From contig JBIOTM010000084.1 in assembly GCA_044865955.1 (NCBI GenBank), positions 1 through 55,165 of the forward strand: a stretch of 55,165 bases of DNA. Direction: 5' to 3'. The translations under genes were made by a program, and so were the position numbers. Positions 1 to 10,348 of this stretch are shown here, in pieces. Below the pieces are notes generated by a model, which was not told where the DNA came from, made no database searches, and saw only the letters and a program-made list of their open reading frames with translations. Source of the stretch: Actinomycetota bacterium. GTDB lineage: Bacteria; Actinomycetota; UBA4738; HRBIN12. Numbering within the stretch: position 1 is the stretch's first letter; each line of letters opens with the position of its first letter.

Positions 1-20
1 CCCCCCCCCCCCCACGCCGG

Positions 21-686
21 GTGGAGGCCGGTGCAGCGACCGTCCGGTACGCGATCACCGACCGAGCCGGCGCCTCGGTCCTGGACACGGGTCGGCCGCT
101 CGCCGGTCCCGGCGCGGTTCACCTCGACCGCGCGTTGCAGGAGATCCTGGGAGGGAGCACGCGCCACGCTGGAGCGCTGCTGTCGCCGTTCGGGATCCGG
201 TTCGTCGTCGCCGACGAAGGCGTCCTCCCGGCGGCAGCCGCGGACACCCTCGGATCCCAGCTGGACCTGAGCCTCGTCCCCGCCGTCGGCCTGACGATCT
301 ACGGCAACGCGGACGCGATCCCGCCAGCCGCCATCCTCGACACGCGCTCCCCCGACCGGGAGATCATGGCCGAGAGCGATCCCGGACGCATCGTCCTGTG
401 GAGACCGGTCCCGGCGACGCCGCTCGAGCGCGTTCGCGGCGGCTGGGACGGTCCCGCCCGCGAAGGGACCGCGTTCCTGTCGACGGAGCACGACGCCGGC
501 TGGATGCTGGAGGGCACCGAGCGGGACCCGGACCTCGCGTTCGGCTGGGCCACCAGCTTCCGGGCCACCGGGGCGCCGGTGCGCATCCGGCACGAAGGCG
601 ACCTCCCGGCGCGCATCCAGCTCGGCGTGCTCGGGCTCCTGTGGCTCGGGGCGCTGTGGGCGACGAGGAGACCGGTGGCGCGATGA
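21..686 (+). CDS. C-terminal part of a large membrane protein, probably the actinobacterial GT2-family glycosyltransferase that precedes DUF5719 (5'-truncated by the window edge)
   Basis: Frame is open from the window start and ends in a TM helix (LGVLGLLWLGALW). ATGA overlap with the next gene. Assignment rests mainly on synteny. Confidence 0.5.
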   Translation: MEAGAATVRYAITDRAGASVLDTGRPLAGPGAVHLDRALQEILGGSTRHAGALLSPFGIRFVVADEGVLPAAAADTLGSQLDLSLVPAVGLTIYGNADAIPPAAILDTRSPDREIMAESDPGRIVLWRPVPATPLERVRGGWDGPAREGTAFLSTEHDAGWMLEGTERDPDLAFGWATSFRATGAPVRIRHEGDLPARIQLGVLGLLWLGALWATRRPVAR

Positions 687-2077
687 GGAGGACCAGTTCC
701 CGTCCGGCCCGGGGTCAGGCCCTCTTCGCCGGCGGCTCCGTCGTGGTCCTCGCGGTCGCCTTGGGGCTCCTGGACCGTGCGGGGCCGAAGGAGCCCGCGG
801 CCGCGCCCGTCGGGACCTCGATGTCCGGGGCCTGGGTCTGCCCGCACGGCGGGGGCCACGACTGGACGGTGAACCTGTTCCTGGCCAATCCGGGGCCGGT
901 CGCCGTGACCGCCCGGGTCACGACGCTCGGGGAAGAGCGTTCCCGGGCGCCCGACGAGCTCGACGTGCCTGCCGGCCGTTCGGTCCGGCTCGAGGTCCCC
1001 GCGAACGAGCCCGGGCGCGCCACGTTCGTCGAGTACTTCGGCGGATGGATCGGGGCCGGCTGGGTCGCCACCACCCCGGGCCGGGAGCCCGGCACCGCGG
1101 CCGAACCGTGCGCGCCGGAGGCGGCGAGGCGCTGGTACACGGTGGACGCCACGACGCAACAACACGAGGACGCCTACGTGGTCGTGGCGAACCCGTTCGA
1201 CATCGCCGCCGTCCTGGACGTCGTCATCTACACGGCGGATCGAGCGCCGATCCGAGACTCCGAGTGGACGGACCTGGTGGTGCCCGCCCGACGGAGCATC
1301 GCGCTTCCGCTCGACTCGAAGGTCGAGGGGGAGCCGGCCGTGGCGACGGAGATCGACGTGTCCGTCGGACGCGTCGCCGTGGCGTCCCTGGGGATCACCG
1401 ACGGCAGCCGGATCCGCAGCGCCCTCGGTTGGGCCGGCACCGCGACGGGAGGGATCTTCCCGGTCATGCGGGGGTCGGGACGGGCGGAGCTCCTGCTGTT
1501 CTCCACCGCCGACCGAACGATCACGTTCGGCGCGACCACGTTGAGCGAAGACCAACCGCGTCCGGCCGGCGGGCTGACGGAGCAGGAGCATCCGGGGGCG
1601 GCGATCCGAGCCTATCCCGTCCCCCTCGAGGGGGGGCCGGAGGCGGTGTCCCTCTTCACCCTCGACGACGCGGCGGTCGTGGCGGCCCTCCGTGCTTTCG
1701 GACCCGGCCCCGACCCGGGATCGACCGCGGGCGCCGTCGCGCCCGCGCCGGCCTGGCTCGTCCTCCCCGCGGTGGCCGGGGGACGATCCCACCCAGGCGT
1801 GGTCCTGGTGAACCCGGGAGACGAGGACGCGGTGGTGACCGTCGAGATCCTCGCTCGCGAGGGCGGCACGGCGGCCGCTCCGGTCACCGTGGACGTGCCC
1901 GCGCATGCCGCGGCCGCCGTGCCGCCCGGGTTCTGGGAGACCGCCCCCGGGGCCGGGCTCCTGGTCCGCGCCCAGGGCGCGCCGGTCGTCGCCCTAGCCG
2001 CCTCGACGTCCCTCGGGAAGGGCGACCGCGACACGTTCGCGCTCAGCATGGGGGTGCCCGTCCCGCAGCTGCCGTAG
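683..2077 (+). CDS. DUF5719-like secreted/membrane-anchored protein
   Basis: ATG 683 overlaps the upstream TGA. N-terminal TM, WVCP motif, repeated LxxxNP beta-sandwich segments (FLANPG, VVANPF, VLVNPG), conserved locus. Confidence 0.6.
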   Translation: MRRTSSRPARGQALFAGGSVVVLAVALGLLDRAGPKEPAAAPVGTSMSGAWVCPHGGGHDWTVNLFLANPGPVAVTARVTTLGEERSRAPDELDVPAGRSVRLEVPANEPGRATFVEYFGGWIGAGWVATTPGREPGTAAEPCAPEAARRWYTVDATTQQHEDAYVVVANPFDIAAVLDVVIYTADRAPIRDSEWTDLVVPARRSIALPLDSKVEGEPAVATEIDVSVGRVAVASLGITDGSRIRSALGWAGTATGGIFPVMRGSGRAELLLFSTADRTITFGATTLSEDQPRPAGGLTEQEHPGAAIRAYPVPLEGGPEAVSLFTLDDAAVVAALRAFGPGPDPGSTAGAVAPAPAWLVLPAVAGGRSHPGVVLVNPGDEDAVVTVEILAREGGTAAAPVTVDVPAHAAAAVPPGFWETAPGAGLLVRAQGAPVVALAASTSLGKGDRDTFALSMGVPVPQLP

Positions 2078-2153
2078 CACGAGGCGCGCGGGAGGTGTTG
2101 CGTCGTGGCGTATCATGCCCTTCGCGGACCCGTCGTCCGCGGAGCGCATCCCC

Positions 2154-3290
2154 ATGGCCAAAGGACGTCACGAGGTACGCGCGGCACGCACGCGATGGCC
2201 GCTGATCGTCGGGCTCGTCGCCGGCGTGCTCGTGCTCGCCCTCGGCGGCGGCGCCTACGCCGCCTATCGCTACGAGCAGGCGAACGCCGGCTACATCCTG
2301 CCCGGGGTTCGGATCGCCGGCGTGGACGTCTCGGGGATGACGCGGGCGGAGGCGACCTCGGCGGTCTGGGGGCAGGCACGGACCGAGCTCGATCGGGAGC
2401 TCACCGTGTTCGTCCATGGGAAGCACTTCACCGTCACGGCCCAACAGCTCGGACGCCGCGCGTGGGTCCGCGCCGCGGTCGACCGGGCGATGGAGCTCTC
2501 CGACCACCTCGGATGGCTCGAGCGGGCCTGGCGGAGGCTCCGCAACGATCCGCTGCGCCGCGACATCCCCCTCTCCTTCAGCGGCCACGGCGGCGTGCCG
2601 AGGTTCGTCCGCAGGACGGCGCACCAGGTCTTCGTGGGGCCGCACGACGCGGCGATCGACCTGTCCGACGACGGCGGGCTGGTCTTCCGGAACGCGAAGG
2701 CGGGCTCGGCACTGGACGTCCGCCGTTCCGAGCGCCTCCTGGCGAAGGCCCTCGAGTCGGGATCCTCCATCGTGCGGCTGACGATGCACGACGTCGCGCC
2801 GAAGATCACGGCACACAACCTCGGCCCCACGGTCGTGGTCCACGTCGACACCAACCGGCTGGATCTGTACGAGGGATTCCAGGTGGGCCGGAGCTTCGAC
2901 GTCGCCACCGCGAAGCCGGGCTGGATCACGCCCGACGGGGAATGGACGATCTACCAGAAGCGCGAGAACCCCACCTGGTACAACCCGGCGCTGGACACGT
3001 GGGGCGCCGGTCTCCCCGCCGTGATCCCCGGTGGCCCCGGCAATCCGATGGGCACCAGGGCCCTGTACATCACGGCGCCGGGCCTGATCCGTATCCACGG
3101 GACCAGCTCGGACGACTCGATCGGGCGCTACGCGTCCCACGGGTGCATCCGGATGCACAACTGGGAGATCGAGGAGCTCTACGATCGGGTCGGCGTGGGC
3201 ACCAAGGTCATCATCATGGGCTCCAGGCCGTCCTGGGCGGTCGAGGGGGACTTCCCGGACACCCCCGACGGATCCGACACCGTGGCCTGA
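2154..3290 (+). CDS. L,D-transpeptidase (YkuD family) with N-terminal anchor and putative PG-binding domain
   Basis: IRIHGT...ASHGCIRM catalytic motif and GPGNPMGTRAL. GGAG at 2141 precedes ATG 2154 (alternative start 2115). Confidence 0.9.
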   Translation: MAKGRHEVRAARTRWPLIVGLVAGVLVLALGGGAYAAYRYEQANAGYILPGVRIAGVDVSGMTRAEATSAVWGQARTELDRELTVFVHGKHFTVTAQQLGRRAWVRAAVDRAMELSDHLGWLERAWRRLRNDPLRRDIPLSFSGHGGVPRFVRRTAHQVFVGPHDAAIDLSDDGGLVFRNAKAGSALDVRRSERLLAKALESGSSIVRLTMHDVAPKITAHNLGPTVVVHVDTNRLDLYEGFQVGRSFDVATAKPGWITPDGEWTIYQKRENPTWYNPALDTWGAGLPAVIPGGPGNPMGTRALYITAPGLIRIHGTSSDDSIGRYASHGCIRMHNWEIEELYDRVGVGTKVIIMGSRPSWAVEGDFPDTPDGSDTVA

Positions 3291-3361
3291 CGTCCTTGGC
3301 GCCTGGGACCCTTGCCGCCCGAGATGCTTGCATCGGGCCCGAGGGCACCTAGCCTTCGCTC

Positions 3362-3577
3362 ATGCGAACCTGCGCCAGGATGAGCTGCCGCGACGAGCCC
3401 GTCGCGACCATCACGCTCCGCTACGCCGACCGCCGCGTCCTGATCGACGAGCTGCTCCCGGAACGCGATCCCAACCTGCTCGATCTGTGCCTCCGGCACG
3501 CAGGAGCCCTGACCCCGCCCGTCGGATGGCTGGTGGAGGACGCGCGCCTCGGAGCGCTCTCCGCTGAGCGTGCCTGA
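3362..3577 (+). CDS. DUF3499 family small Zn-binding protein
   Basis: CxRxxC...ATxTxxY...DLCxxHA..LTxPxGW pattern; conserved position upstream of manB. Confidence 0.85.
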   Translation: MRTCARMSCRDEPVATITLRYADRRVLIDELLPERDPNLLDLCLRHAGALTPPVGWLVEDARLGALSAERA

Positions 3578-3720
3578 CTAGCCCGTTCGGGCCAGGCGCC
3601 CGGACTTTCGACGTCCCGCACCCGGGGTGACCGGGTGAATCAAGAATGACTCCACGGTGTCTGAAGCCCGCGTCGGGGCCCTGCTAGCGTCCGTTCCCTC
3701 GACGGACGGAGCGTCTGGAC

Positions 3721-3900
3721 ATGGCCGAAACCAACACGTGCCCGGTCTGCAAGCAGGGCGACGTGATCTCCATCTCGATGAACGTGAGCGGTCGCGACCT
3801 CTCCTTCTCGACGTGCCACGCCTGCGAGGCGAAGTGGTGGCACCGGGACGGCGAAGAGGTGGTGCTGGCGCAGGTCATCGACACCGTCGTCCAGAGCTAG
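3721..3900 (+). CDS. 59-aa zinc-ribbon protein (absent from the ORF track)
   Basis: Hand translation: MAETNTCPVCKQGDVISISMNVSGRDLSFSTCHACEAKWWHRDGEEVVLAQVIDTVVQS. Two CxxC motifs, upstream GGAG, host-like GC3. Confidence 0.8.
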   Translation: MAETNTCPVCKQGDVISISMNVSGRDLSFSTCHACEAKWWHRDGEEVVLAQVIDTVVQS

Positions 3901-3948
3901 CGCGATCCTCGACTGACGTCGGCTGGGCCCCCTCCGTAGGATGCGGCG

Positions 3949-5304
3949 GTGGACCTCGCCCACATCTTCAAGGCTTACGACGTCCGCGGCGTGGTCCCCG
4001 ACGAGCTGGATGCCGATCTCGTTCGCAGGGTCGGCGCCGCCTTCGCCGCATGGAGCGGGGCTCCCGAGATCCTCGTGGGGCGTGACTGCCGCCTCTCCTC
4101 CCCCGACCTCGCGACGGCTCTGACCGAAGGCGCCACATCGCGAGGCGTCGATGTCGTGGACCTGGGGCTCGCCTCCACCGACCTCCTGTACTTCGGTGCC
4201 GGCTCCCTGGACCGCCCCGGGGTGATGATCACCGCGAGCCACAACCCCAAGGAGTACAACGGGCTCAAGTTCTGCCTCGCGGGGGCGAAGCCGGTGGGCG
4301 AGGACTCGGGCCTCGGCGAGATCAGGGCCCTCACCGAGAAGGGTGACGAGGTCCTTGGAACCGGGCACGGGCGCGTCACGCGCGGTGAGATCCTCGACGC
4401 GTACGTGGACCATGTCCTCCGGTTCACCGACGTCGAGCGGATGCGACCGGTCACGGTCGTGGTCGATACGGCGAACGGCATGGGCGGGCTCGTCGTGCCG
4501 CCTGTCATGGAGCGGCTGCCGGTGACCCTGCATCATCTCTTCCCCGAGCTCGACGGGACGTTCCCTAACCATCCCGCGGACCCGATCGACCCGGAGAACC
4601 AACGCGAACTGAAGGCGGCGGTCGTGGAGCACGGAGCCGACGTGGGGATGGCGTTCGACGGCGACGCCGACCGGGTGTTCCTGGTCGACGAGCGAGCGGA
4701 CGACGTGAGCGGCTCGATCCTCACGGCCCTCGTGGCCGCCGCGATGCTCGAACGAGAGCCCGGCGCCAAGATCGTGCACAACCTGATCTGCTCGTGGACC
4801 GTCCCGGAGGTGATCCGTGAGCGAGGAGGGGTGCCCGTGCGCACGCGCGTCGGCCATTCGTTCATCAAGCAGGTGATGGCGGAGACCGGGGCGATCTTCG
4901 GGGGGGAGCACTCAGGCCACTACTACTTCCGTGACAACTACCGGGCGGACTCCGGCCTGATCGCGGCCGTGGTCGCGCTGGGGGAGCTGTCGAGGTTCGA
5001 GGGCCCGCTCTCCGAGCTGCTGAAGCCCTATCGCCGCTACGTCGCGTCGGGTGAGATCAACTCGCGGGTCGACGATCCGGAGGCCACCATCGACGAGATC
5101 GCGCGGACGTTCCGGGGCGGCCGCCAGGATCGTCTCGACGGCCTGACGGTAGAGTTCGACGACTGGTGGTGCAACGTGCGGCCATCCAATACCGAGCCGC
5201 TGCTGCGGTTGAACGTCGAAGCGAAGACCGAGGAGCTCCTCGCCGCGGAGACGAGGGAGGTGCTCGCGTTGATCCGAAGGAAGGTCCAGGGAGGTGCGCC
5301 GTGA
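3949..5304 (+). CDS. manB: Phosphomannomutase/phosphoglucomutase
   Basis: IFKAYDVRG, TASHNP phosphoserine loop, FDGDADR metal loop, GEHSGH. Confidence 0.95.
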   Translation: MDLAHIFKAYDVRGVVPDELDADLVRRVGAAFAAWSGAPEILVGRDCRLSSPDLATALTEGATSRGVDVVDLGLASTDLLYFGAGSLDRPGVMITASHNPKEYNGLKFCLAGAKPVGEDSGLGEIRALTEKGDEVLGTGHGRVTRGEILDAYVDHVLRFTDVERMRPVTVVVDTANGMGGLVVPPVMERLPVTLHHLFPELDGTFPNHPADPIDPENQRELKAAVVEHGADVGMAFDGDADRVFLVDERADDVSGSILTALVAAAMLEREPGAKIVHNLICSWTVPEVIRERGGVPVRTRVGHSFIKQVMAETGAIFGGEHSGHYYFRDNYRADSGLIAAVVALGELSRFEGPLSELLKPYRRYVASGEINSRVDDPEATIDEIARTFRGGRQDRLDGLTVEFDDWWCNVRPSNTEPLLRLNVEAKTEELLAAETREVLALIRRKVQGGAP

Positions 5305-5495
5305 CGCTCGACGCCGAGCTGCTGGAGATCCTCGTGTGCCCCAACGATCGGGGCGAGATCGACTACCACGAGGACGAAGAGGTCATCGTGTGCCGTAGCT
5401 GCGGCTACCGCTACCCCGTCAGGGACGGGATCCCGGTGATGCTGATCGACGAGGCCGAGAAGCCCGGGGGCGCGTCGGGGACCACGGGAGCATGA
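5301..5495 (+). CDS. Trm112 family protein
   Basis: LLEILVCP...C..C..RYPVRDGIPVML; GTGA overlap with manB. Confidence 0.9.
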   Translation: MTLDAELLEILVCPNDRGEIDYHEDEEVIVCRSCGYRYPVRDGIPVMLIDEAEKPGGASGTTGA

Positions 5496-6550
5496 CGACC
5501 GACCTGGACGACCCGGCCGGCATCCGGTCCCGCGATCCGGCGGGGATGCTGGCGGCGATCGCGTCCCTGGCGGATCAGTGCCGTCGGGGGTACGCGGCGG
5601 GTGTCGCCGCGACGGGCTTGCCGGACCTCGTCGACATCCGCGGCGTCGTGTTCTGCGGCATGGGGGGCTCCGCCGTCGCGGGCGACGTCCTCCGCTCGGT
5701 CTTCCGGGATCGGCTCGGTGTGCCCGTGGAGGTGAGCCGGGCAGCCGAGGTCCCGGCGCACGCGGGTCCGCATGCGCTCGTGCTCGCGTCCTCCTACTCG
5801 GGGAACACCTCCGAGACGCTGGCGGCGTTCGAGGAAGCCACGAGGCGGGGTTGCCGCGCGATCGTCATCACCTCCGGCGGCGCGATCGCGGATCGTGCCG
5901 CGGAGCACGGTGTGCCGGTGGTCCGCGTGCCCGGCGGCTTCCAGCCGCGCGCAGCGCTGGGCTGGCTGGCCTTCGCCGCGATGGGGGCGTTGGAAGCCGC
6001 GGGCCTCCTGCCGCCGCTGGCCGACGACGTGGCGGAGGCGGCGGGGGAGGTCGATGCTCGGGCCGCCGCGTGTGGCCCCGACGTCCCGGTCGCGGACAAC
6101 GAGGCGAAGCGGCTCGCGGACGCGATCGGCGACCGCGTCCCGGTCGTCTGGGGCGCAGAGGGTATCGGGGCGGTCGCCGCGGCGCGGTGGAAGACGCAGT
6201 TCAACGAGAACGGCAAGATGCCCGCCTGGTGGGCTTCGATGTCGGAGCTCGACCACAACGAGGTGGTCGGGTGGACCCGGCCCTTCGGTGAGAGGCACGC
6301 CGTCGTCGCCCTCCGCCACGAAGGCGAGGATCCGGAGATGGCCGCCCGGTTCCCGCTCTCGCTCCAGATCGCTGCCGACGCGGGGGCGCGGACCGACGAG
6401 GTCTGGGCGACCGGGCGGTCGGCCCTCGCTCGGCTCCTGTCGCTCATCGCCCTGGGGGACCACACCACCGCCTACGCGAGCATCCGCCGGGGTGTGGACC
6501 CCACGCCGGTCGAGGTGATCCAACGGCTCAAGGCCGCGTTGGTCCCGTGA
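5492..6550 (+). CDS. Bifunctional phosphoglucose/phosphomannose isomerase (SIS domain)
   Basis: [33 protein letters not shown]. Confidence 0.92.
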   Translation: MTTDLDDPAGIRSRDPAGMLAAIASLADQCRRGYAAGVAATGLPDLVDIRGVVFCGMGGSAVAGDVLRSVFRDRLGVPVEVSRAAEVPAHAGPHALVLASSYSGNTSETLAAFEEATRRGCRAIVITSGGAIADRAAEHGVPVVRVPGGFQPRAALGWLAFAAMGALEAAGLLPPLADDVAEAAGEVDARAAACGPDVPVADNEAKRLADAIGDRVPVVWGAEGIGAVAAARWKTQFNENGKMPAWWASMSELDHNEVVGWTRPFGERHAVVALRHEGEDPEMAARFPLSLQIAADAGARTDEVWATGRSALARLLSLIALGDHTTAYASIRRGVDPTPVEVIQRLKAALVP

Positions 6551-7395
6551 GCGAGCGGCAGGCGCCCTCGCCGGGAGACGGCGTGGCCGAGGGGATCGTG
6601 CGAGCGATCCGCACGCGCACCGATGCCCGGCCGGTGGCCGGCGTGGTGCTCGGCTCCGGCCTCGGGGATGCGATCGGGGTGGCCCGGGATCTCGCCGGCG
6701 GCGGCGCCGAGCCCATCGAGATCCCGTACGCCGAGCTCCCCGGGTTCCCGCCGCCGACCGTGCCGGGCCACGCCGGCACCCTCTGGCTCGGCCCGCTCGG
6801 TGGTCGGCCGATCGCGGTGTTCCGAGGGCGGATCCACGCCTACGAGGGTCATCCGATGCCGCTGGCGTCGATCACGACGCAGGTCGCGGCCGGGCTCGGA
6901 GCGCGGACGATGGTGCTCTCCACGGCGGTGGGGGGCCTCGATCGGTCGCTTGCCGGGGGGTCGATGGTCGTGGTCCGCGACCACATCAACCTGATGGGTA
7001 CGAACCCGCTGGCGGGATGGCGATCCCCCGACGGCTCGCCCGCCTTCGTCGACGTCTCCGCCGTGTACGACGCAGACCTGTCCGCGAAGGCCGTGGCCGC
7101 CCTCCGGGCGCATCCCCGCGGGGTGGCCGAGGGCGTGTACGGCGCGGTCGCGGGTCCCGCGTACGAGACGCCGGCGGAGACGGAGATGCTCCGCCGCCTC
7201 GGCGCGACGGTGGTCGGGATGTCGATGGTGCCGGAGGCCGTCGCCGCCCGGGCGTTGGGGATGCGGGTCCTCGGGCTAAGCTTCGTGACGAACGAGGCGG
7301 GGGCTCCCGTCTCCCACGAAGAGGTTCTGCTCGCTTCGAAGACGGCGGCGGAGGCGATCGGCCGGGTCATCGCCGAGCTCGTCGACGACTTCTGA
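6547..7395 (+). CDS. punA: Purine-nucleoside phosphorylase (trimeric PNP family)
   Basis: [44 protein letters not shown]. Confidence 0.9.
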   Translation: MSERQAPSPGDGVAEGIVRAIRTRTDARPVAGVVLGSGLGDAIGVARDLAGGGAEPIEIPYAELPGFPPPTVPGHAGTLWLGPLGGRPIAVFRGRIHAYEGHPMPLASITTQVAAGLGARTMVLSTAVGGLDRSLAGGSMVVVRDHINLMGTNPLAGWRSPDGSPAFVDVSAVYDADLSAKAVAALRAHPRGVAEGVYGAVAGPAYETPAETEMLRRLGATVVGMSMVPEAVAARALGMRVLGLSFVTNEAGAPVSHEEVLLASKTAAEAIGRVIAELVDDF

Positions 7396-7421
7396 GCGAG
7401 CCGGAGCTCCCGAGGAGGCTC

Positions 7422-8681
7422 ATGGGATACGACGTCAGGGACACGGGGCTCGCCGGCGCGGGGCGTGGCCGGATCGACTGGGCCGCCGGCGAGATGCCGG
7501 TGCTTGCCCAGATCCGGGACCGCTTCGACAAGGAGCGGCCGTTGGACGGCGTCCGGATCGCCGCGTGCCTGCACGTGACCACGGAGACCGCGAACCTGAT
7601 GGAGGCGCTCGCGGCGGGAGGCGCAGAGGTCGCGCTGTGCGCGTCGAACCCCTTGTCCACGCAGGACGACGCGGCGGCGTCGCTGGTGGAGCACAGCGGG
7701 ATCGACGTCTACGCCATCAAGGGGGAGGACACCGACGTCTTCTTCAAGCACATCAACGCGTGTCTCGATCTCCGGCCCCACGTGACCATGGACGACGGCG
7801 CCGACATGGTCAGCGTCCTCCACAAGGGGCGCCTCGACCAGATCACCGAGATCATGGGCGGCACCGAGGAGACCACGACGGGCGTGATCCGTCTCCGTGC
7901 GATGGCTTCGGACGGGGCCCTCCGGTACCCCATCGTGAGCGTGAACGACGCGAACACGAAGCACCTGTTCGACAACCGCTTCGGGACCGGGCAATCCACG
8001 ATCGACGCGATCATGCGGGCGACGAACCGCCTGCTCGCGGGGCGGTCCGTCGTCGTGTGCGGCTACGGGATGTGCGGACGCGGGGTCGCGTCGCGCGCCA
8101 GGGGACTGGGCGCCCACGTGATCGTGACAGAGGTCGACCCCACGGCCGCGCTGGAGGCCGTGATGGAGGGATACCGCGTGATGCCGCTGCTCGAGGCGGC
8201 TCGCGTGGGCGACGTCTTCGTCACGGTCACCGGCGACCGGGCGGTGATCCGGGGGGAGCACATGGAGCGCATGAAGGACGGGGCGATCCTCGCGAACTCC
8301 GGGCACTTCGACGTGGAGATCGACAAGCCGGCGCTGTCGGCCCTGTCCGAGGGCAGGGTCCGTCGGATCCGTGAGTTCGTGGATGAGCACACCCTCTCCG
8401 ACGGGCGGAAGCTCAACCTCCTCGGCGAAGGCCGGCTCGTGAACCTCACCGCCGCGGAGGGTCACCCCGCGGCCGTGATGGACATGTCCTTCGCGAACCA
8501 GGCGCTGTGCGTCGAGTGGATCGTCGAACACCACGGGGACCTCGAGCCACGGGTGTACCCGGTCCCGACCGAGATCGACGAGGAGGTGGCGCGGCTCAAG
8601 CTGCGAGGGATGGGCGTGGAGATCGACACGCTCACGCCCGATCAGGAGGCGTACCTCCGCAGCTGGGAGGAGGGGACCTGA
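7422..8681 (+). CDS. ahcY: Adenosylhomocysteinase (short ~419-aa form)
   Basis: [55 protein letters not shown] precedes ATG 7422. Confidence 0.95.
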   Translation: MGYDVRDTGLAGAGRGRIDWAAGEMPVLAQIRDRFDKERPLDGVRIAACLHVTTETANLMEALAAGGAEVALCASNPLSTQDDAAASLVEHSGIDVYAIKGEDTDVFFKHINACLDLRPHVTMDDGADMVSVLHKGRLDQITEIMGGTEETTTGVIRLRAMASDGALRYPIVSVNDANTKHLFDNRFGTGQSTIDAIMRATNRLLAGRSVVVCGYGMCGRGVASRARGLGAHVIVTEVDPTAALEAVMEGYRVMPLLEAARVGDVFVTVTGDRAVIRGEHMERMKDGAILANSGHFDVEIDKPALSALSEGRVRRIREFVDEHTLSDGRKLNLLGEGRLVNLTAAEGHPAAVMDMSFANQALCVEWIVEHHGDLEPRVYPVPTEIDEEVARLKLRGMGVEIDTLTPDQEAYLRSWEEGT

Positions 8682-9307
8682 CACCACAGGACGCCGTCAG
8701 GATCCGCGCGCACTTCGAGCGCTTCCCGGCGTCGCTCAAGGGATCGTTCGTGATGCGAGGGGCCGACGGCAACCCGCACCAGGTCCGGATCGACGACGCC
8801 CGAGCGGTGGAGCTCGCCGGACACGGATCCGTGCCGATGGGCGTGCAGCCGGCCACCCTGGACGTGGCCCCCAACCGCGACCTGTTCGTGCCGTTCGAGT
8901 TCCCGGTCGCCGAGCTCGCTGCGGGGTGGTACGCGATCGAGTGTGCCGTGGCGATCGACGGCTCACCCCACACGGTGCGACCGGGTGCCCGGTTCGTCGT
9001 GCCCTGGCCGCGAGGGACCACGCGGCGTGAGCGCGTGGGCCTCGGGACCTCCGTGGAGCTCGGGGGAGAGAAGGTCCGCCTCGACCGGTTGGACTGCGAG
9101 GCCGATTCGATCAGCATCGCCTACGAGGGCGCGGAGGCCTCGATGACGCTCTCGGCCGACGACGTCCGCCTGCCCGTCCTGGAGGCGAGCTTCGACCCCC
9201 GGGCCGGGCTCGGATCCGTCGCCGCCTACCCGTTGTTGAAGTCCCATCGCACCCTGACCGTGGCCGTCAGGGGCGCGGGCGACCCGATCGAGATCCCGCT
9301 TCCCTAG
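8678..9307 (+). CDS. Hypothetical protein (probable CTG start overlapping the ahcY stop)
   Basis: Host-like codon usage across the ahcY-comF gap. GGAGGAGG precedes a CTGA overlap. No family recognised. Confidence 0.6.
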   Translation: MTPQDAVRIRAHFERFPASLKGSFVMRGADGNPHQVRIDDARAVELAGHGSVPMGVQPATLDVAPNRDLFVPFEFPVAELAAGWYAIECAVAIDGSPHTVRPGARFVVPWPRGTTRRERVGLGTSVELGGEKVRLDRLDCEADSISIAYEGAEASMTLSADDVRLPVLEASFDPRAGLGSVAAYPLLKSHRTLTVAVRGAGDPIEIPLP

Positions 9308-9345
9308 GAGATCGGATCGTCGGAGGCTCCCGGTACCGTTGCGTC

Positions 9346-10113
9346 GTGCTCCACGGTGCTGTGGACATCCTCTTCCCCCGGGCCTGCGCGGGGTGCCGCG
9401 CAGGCCCGTGGCCGTTCTGCGAGGCGTGCGCCGACGAGCTCGAGCCGCTGGGTCCGCCGTGGTGCCGACGGTGCGGCCGACCCTCCCCGTTCGACGTCGA
9501 CGCATGCCGCGATTGCCCCGCCGGGCCGGTCACGTCCGCACGGGCCGCGTTCGCGTACCGGGGTCCGGCGCGCGCCGCGGTCCACCGCCTGAAGTTCTCC
9601 GGCTGGCGAGGCGTGGGGCCGGCCCTGGCCGGCGCCATGGCCGCGCTCGGCCCGCCGCCGGCCGACGCCGTGACGTGGGTGCCGCTCGCGCGCCGGCGTC
9701 GGGCCGAACGCGGGTTCGATCAGGCTCGCGTGCTCGCGCGAGCGCTCGCGCGCGAGCTCGGTCTCCCCGCCCGGGCCTTCGTCCGGCGGGTCCGCGCGAC
9801 CGACCCCCAGGCCCGCCACAGGCGCACGGAACGGCTGGCGGCGATGCGGAGCGCGTTCGCGCCGCTGCCCCGGCGCCCCGCGCCGACGCGCCTCCTGCTC
9901 GTGGACGACGTCCTCACGACCGGGGCCACGGCCTCCGCGTGCGCGGCTGCCCTGGCGGAGGCCGGCGCCCGCGAGATCCATCTCGTCACGGCCTGTCGGT
10001 CGTTCTCCGAGCGCTCACCCCGACCTCGGGGTTCGTCTCGCCCCGAGGCCCCTGCCTATACTCGAGCGTGCTCCCGTCCGGGTCTGTGGTTGCCCGGGGA
10101 TCCACCCCGGTAG
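9346..10113 (+). CDS. comF: ComF/ComFC family phosphoribosyltransferase-like protein
   Basis: N-terminal double zinc ribbon, RGFDQA, LLLVDDVLTTGAT. The C-terminal tail runs into the raiA RNA. Confidence 0.9.
   Translation: MLHGAVDILFPRACAGCRAGPWPFCEACADELEPLGPPWCRRCGRPSPFDVDACRDCPAGPVTSARAAFAYRGPARAAVHRLKFSGWRGVGPALAGAMAALGPPPADAVTWVPLARRRRAERGFDQARVLARALARELGLPARAFVRRVRATDPQARHRRTERLAAMRSAFAPLPRRPAPTRLLLVDDVLTTGATASACAAALAEAGAREIHLVTACRSFSERSPRPRGSSRPEAPAYTRACSRPGLWLPGDPPR
10057..10062 (+). promoter_or_regulatory. -10 box (TATACT) of the raiA-motif RNA
   Basis: Ends 5 nt before the 5' strand of the P1 helix; preceded by hairpin CCTCGGGG...CCCCGAGG (10024-10048). Confidence 0.65.
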
Positions 10114-10322
10114 TCGATGCCAGCCGCGGGCGAAACGACCCACGTAAGGCGACCCTTGGTCGCCGAGCATGGAGCGGTTTAGACGTAAGCCCTGCCCCAG
10201 AGGCCGAAACAGGCCACGGGAGAGGGTGCGAGTCGACGGTCCAGGCGGATGTCGCTGGCCGACGGCGGACACCCCCGCAGGCGAGTGTGGGGGCAAAGAC
10301 CAGGTCAGCCGGGCGGGAGCAC
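10068..10322 (+). ncRNA. raiA: raiA motif RNA
   Basis: Conserved blocks GGTCTGTGGTTG, GTCGATGCCAGCCGC, AAACGACCCACGTAAG, GAGCATGG, TTAGACGTAAG and GCAGGCGAGTGTGGGGGCAAAGACCAGGTCA. Closing helix GTGCTCCCGTCCGG/CCGGGCGGGAGCAC. Canonical comF-RNA-hpf context. Confidence 0.93.
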
Positions 10323-10348
10323 CTCCCTCGGCAGACGGGCCGCGCTCG

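Noticed and set aside
1-13. Poly-C run at the window start
   Set aside because: It lies at the sequence edge and is likely a read or contig-end artefact; no evidence for phase variation.
7396-7421. SAH riboswitch before ahcY
   Set aside because: The intergenic gap is only 26 bp and holds just an RBS.
10169-10348. N-terminal extension of HPF in the ORF track
   Set aside because: It lies inside the raiA RNA; HPF similarity starts at ATG 10349.
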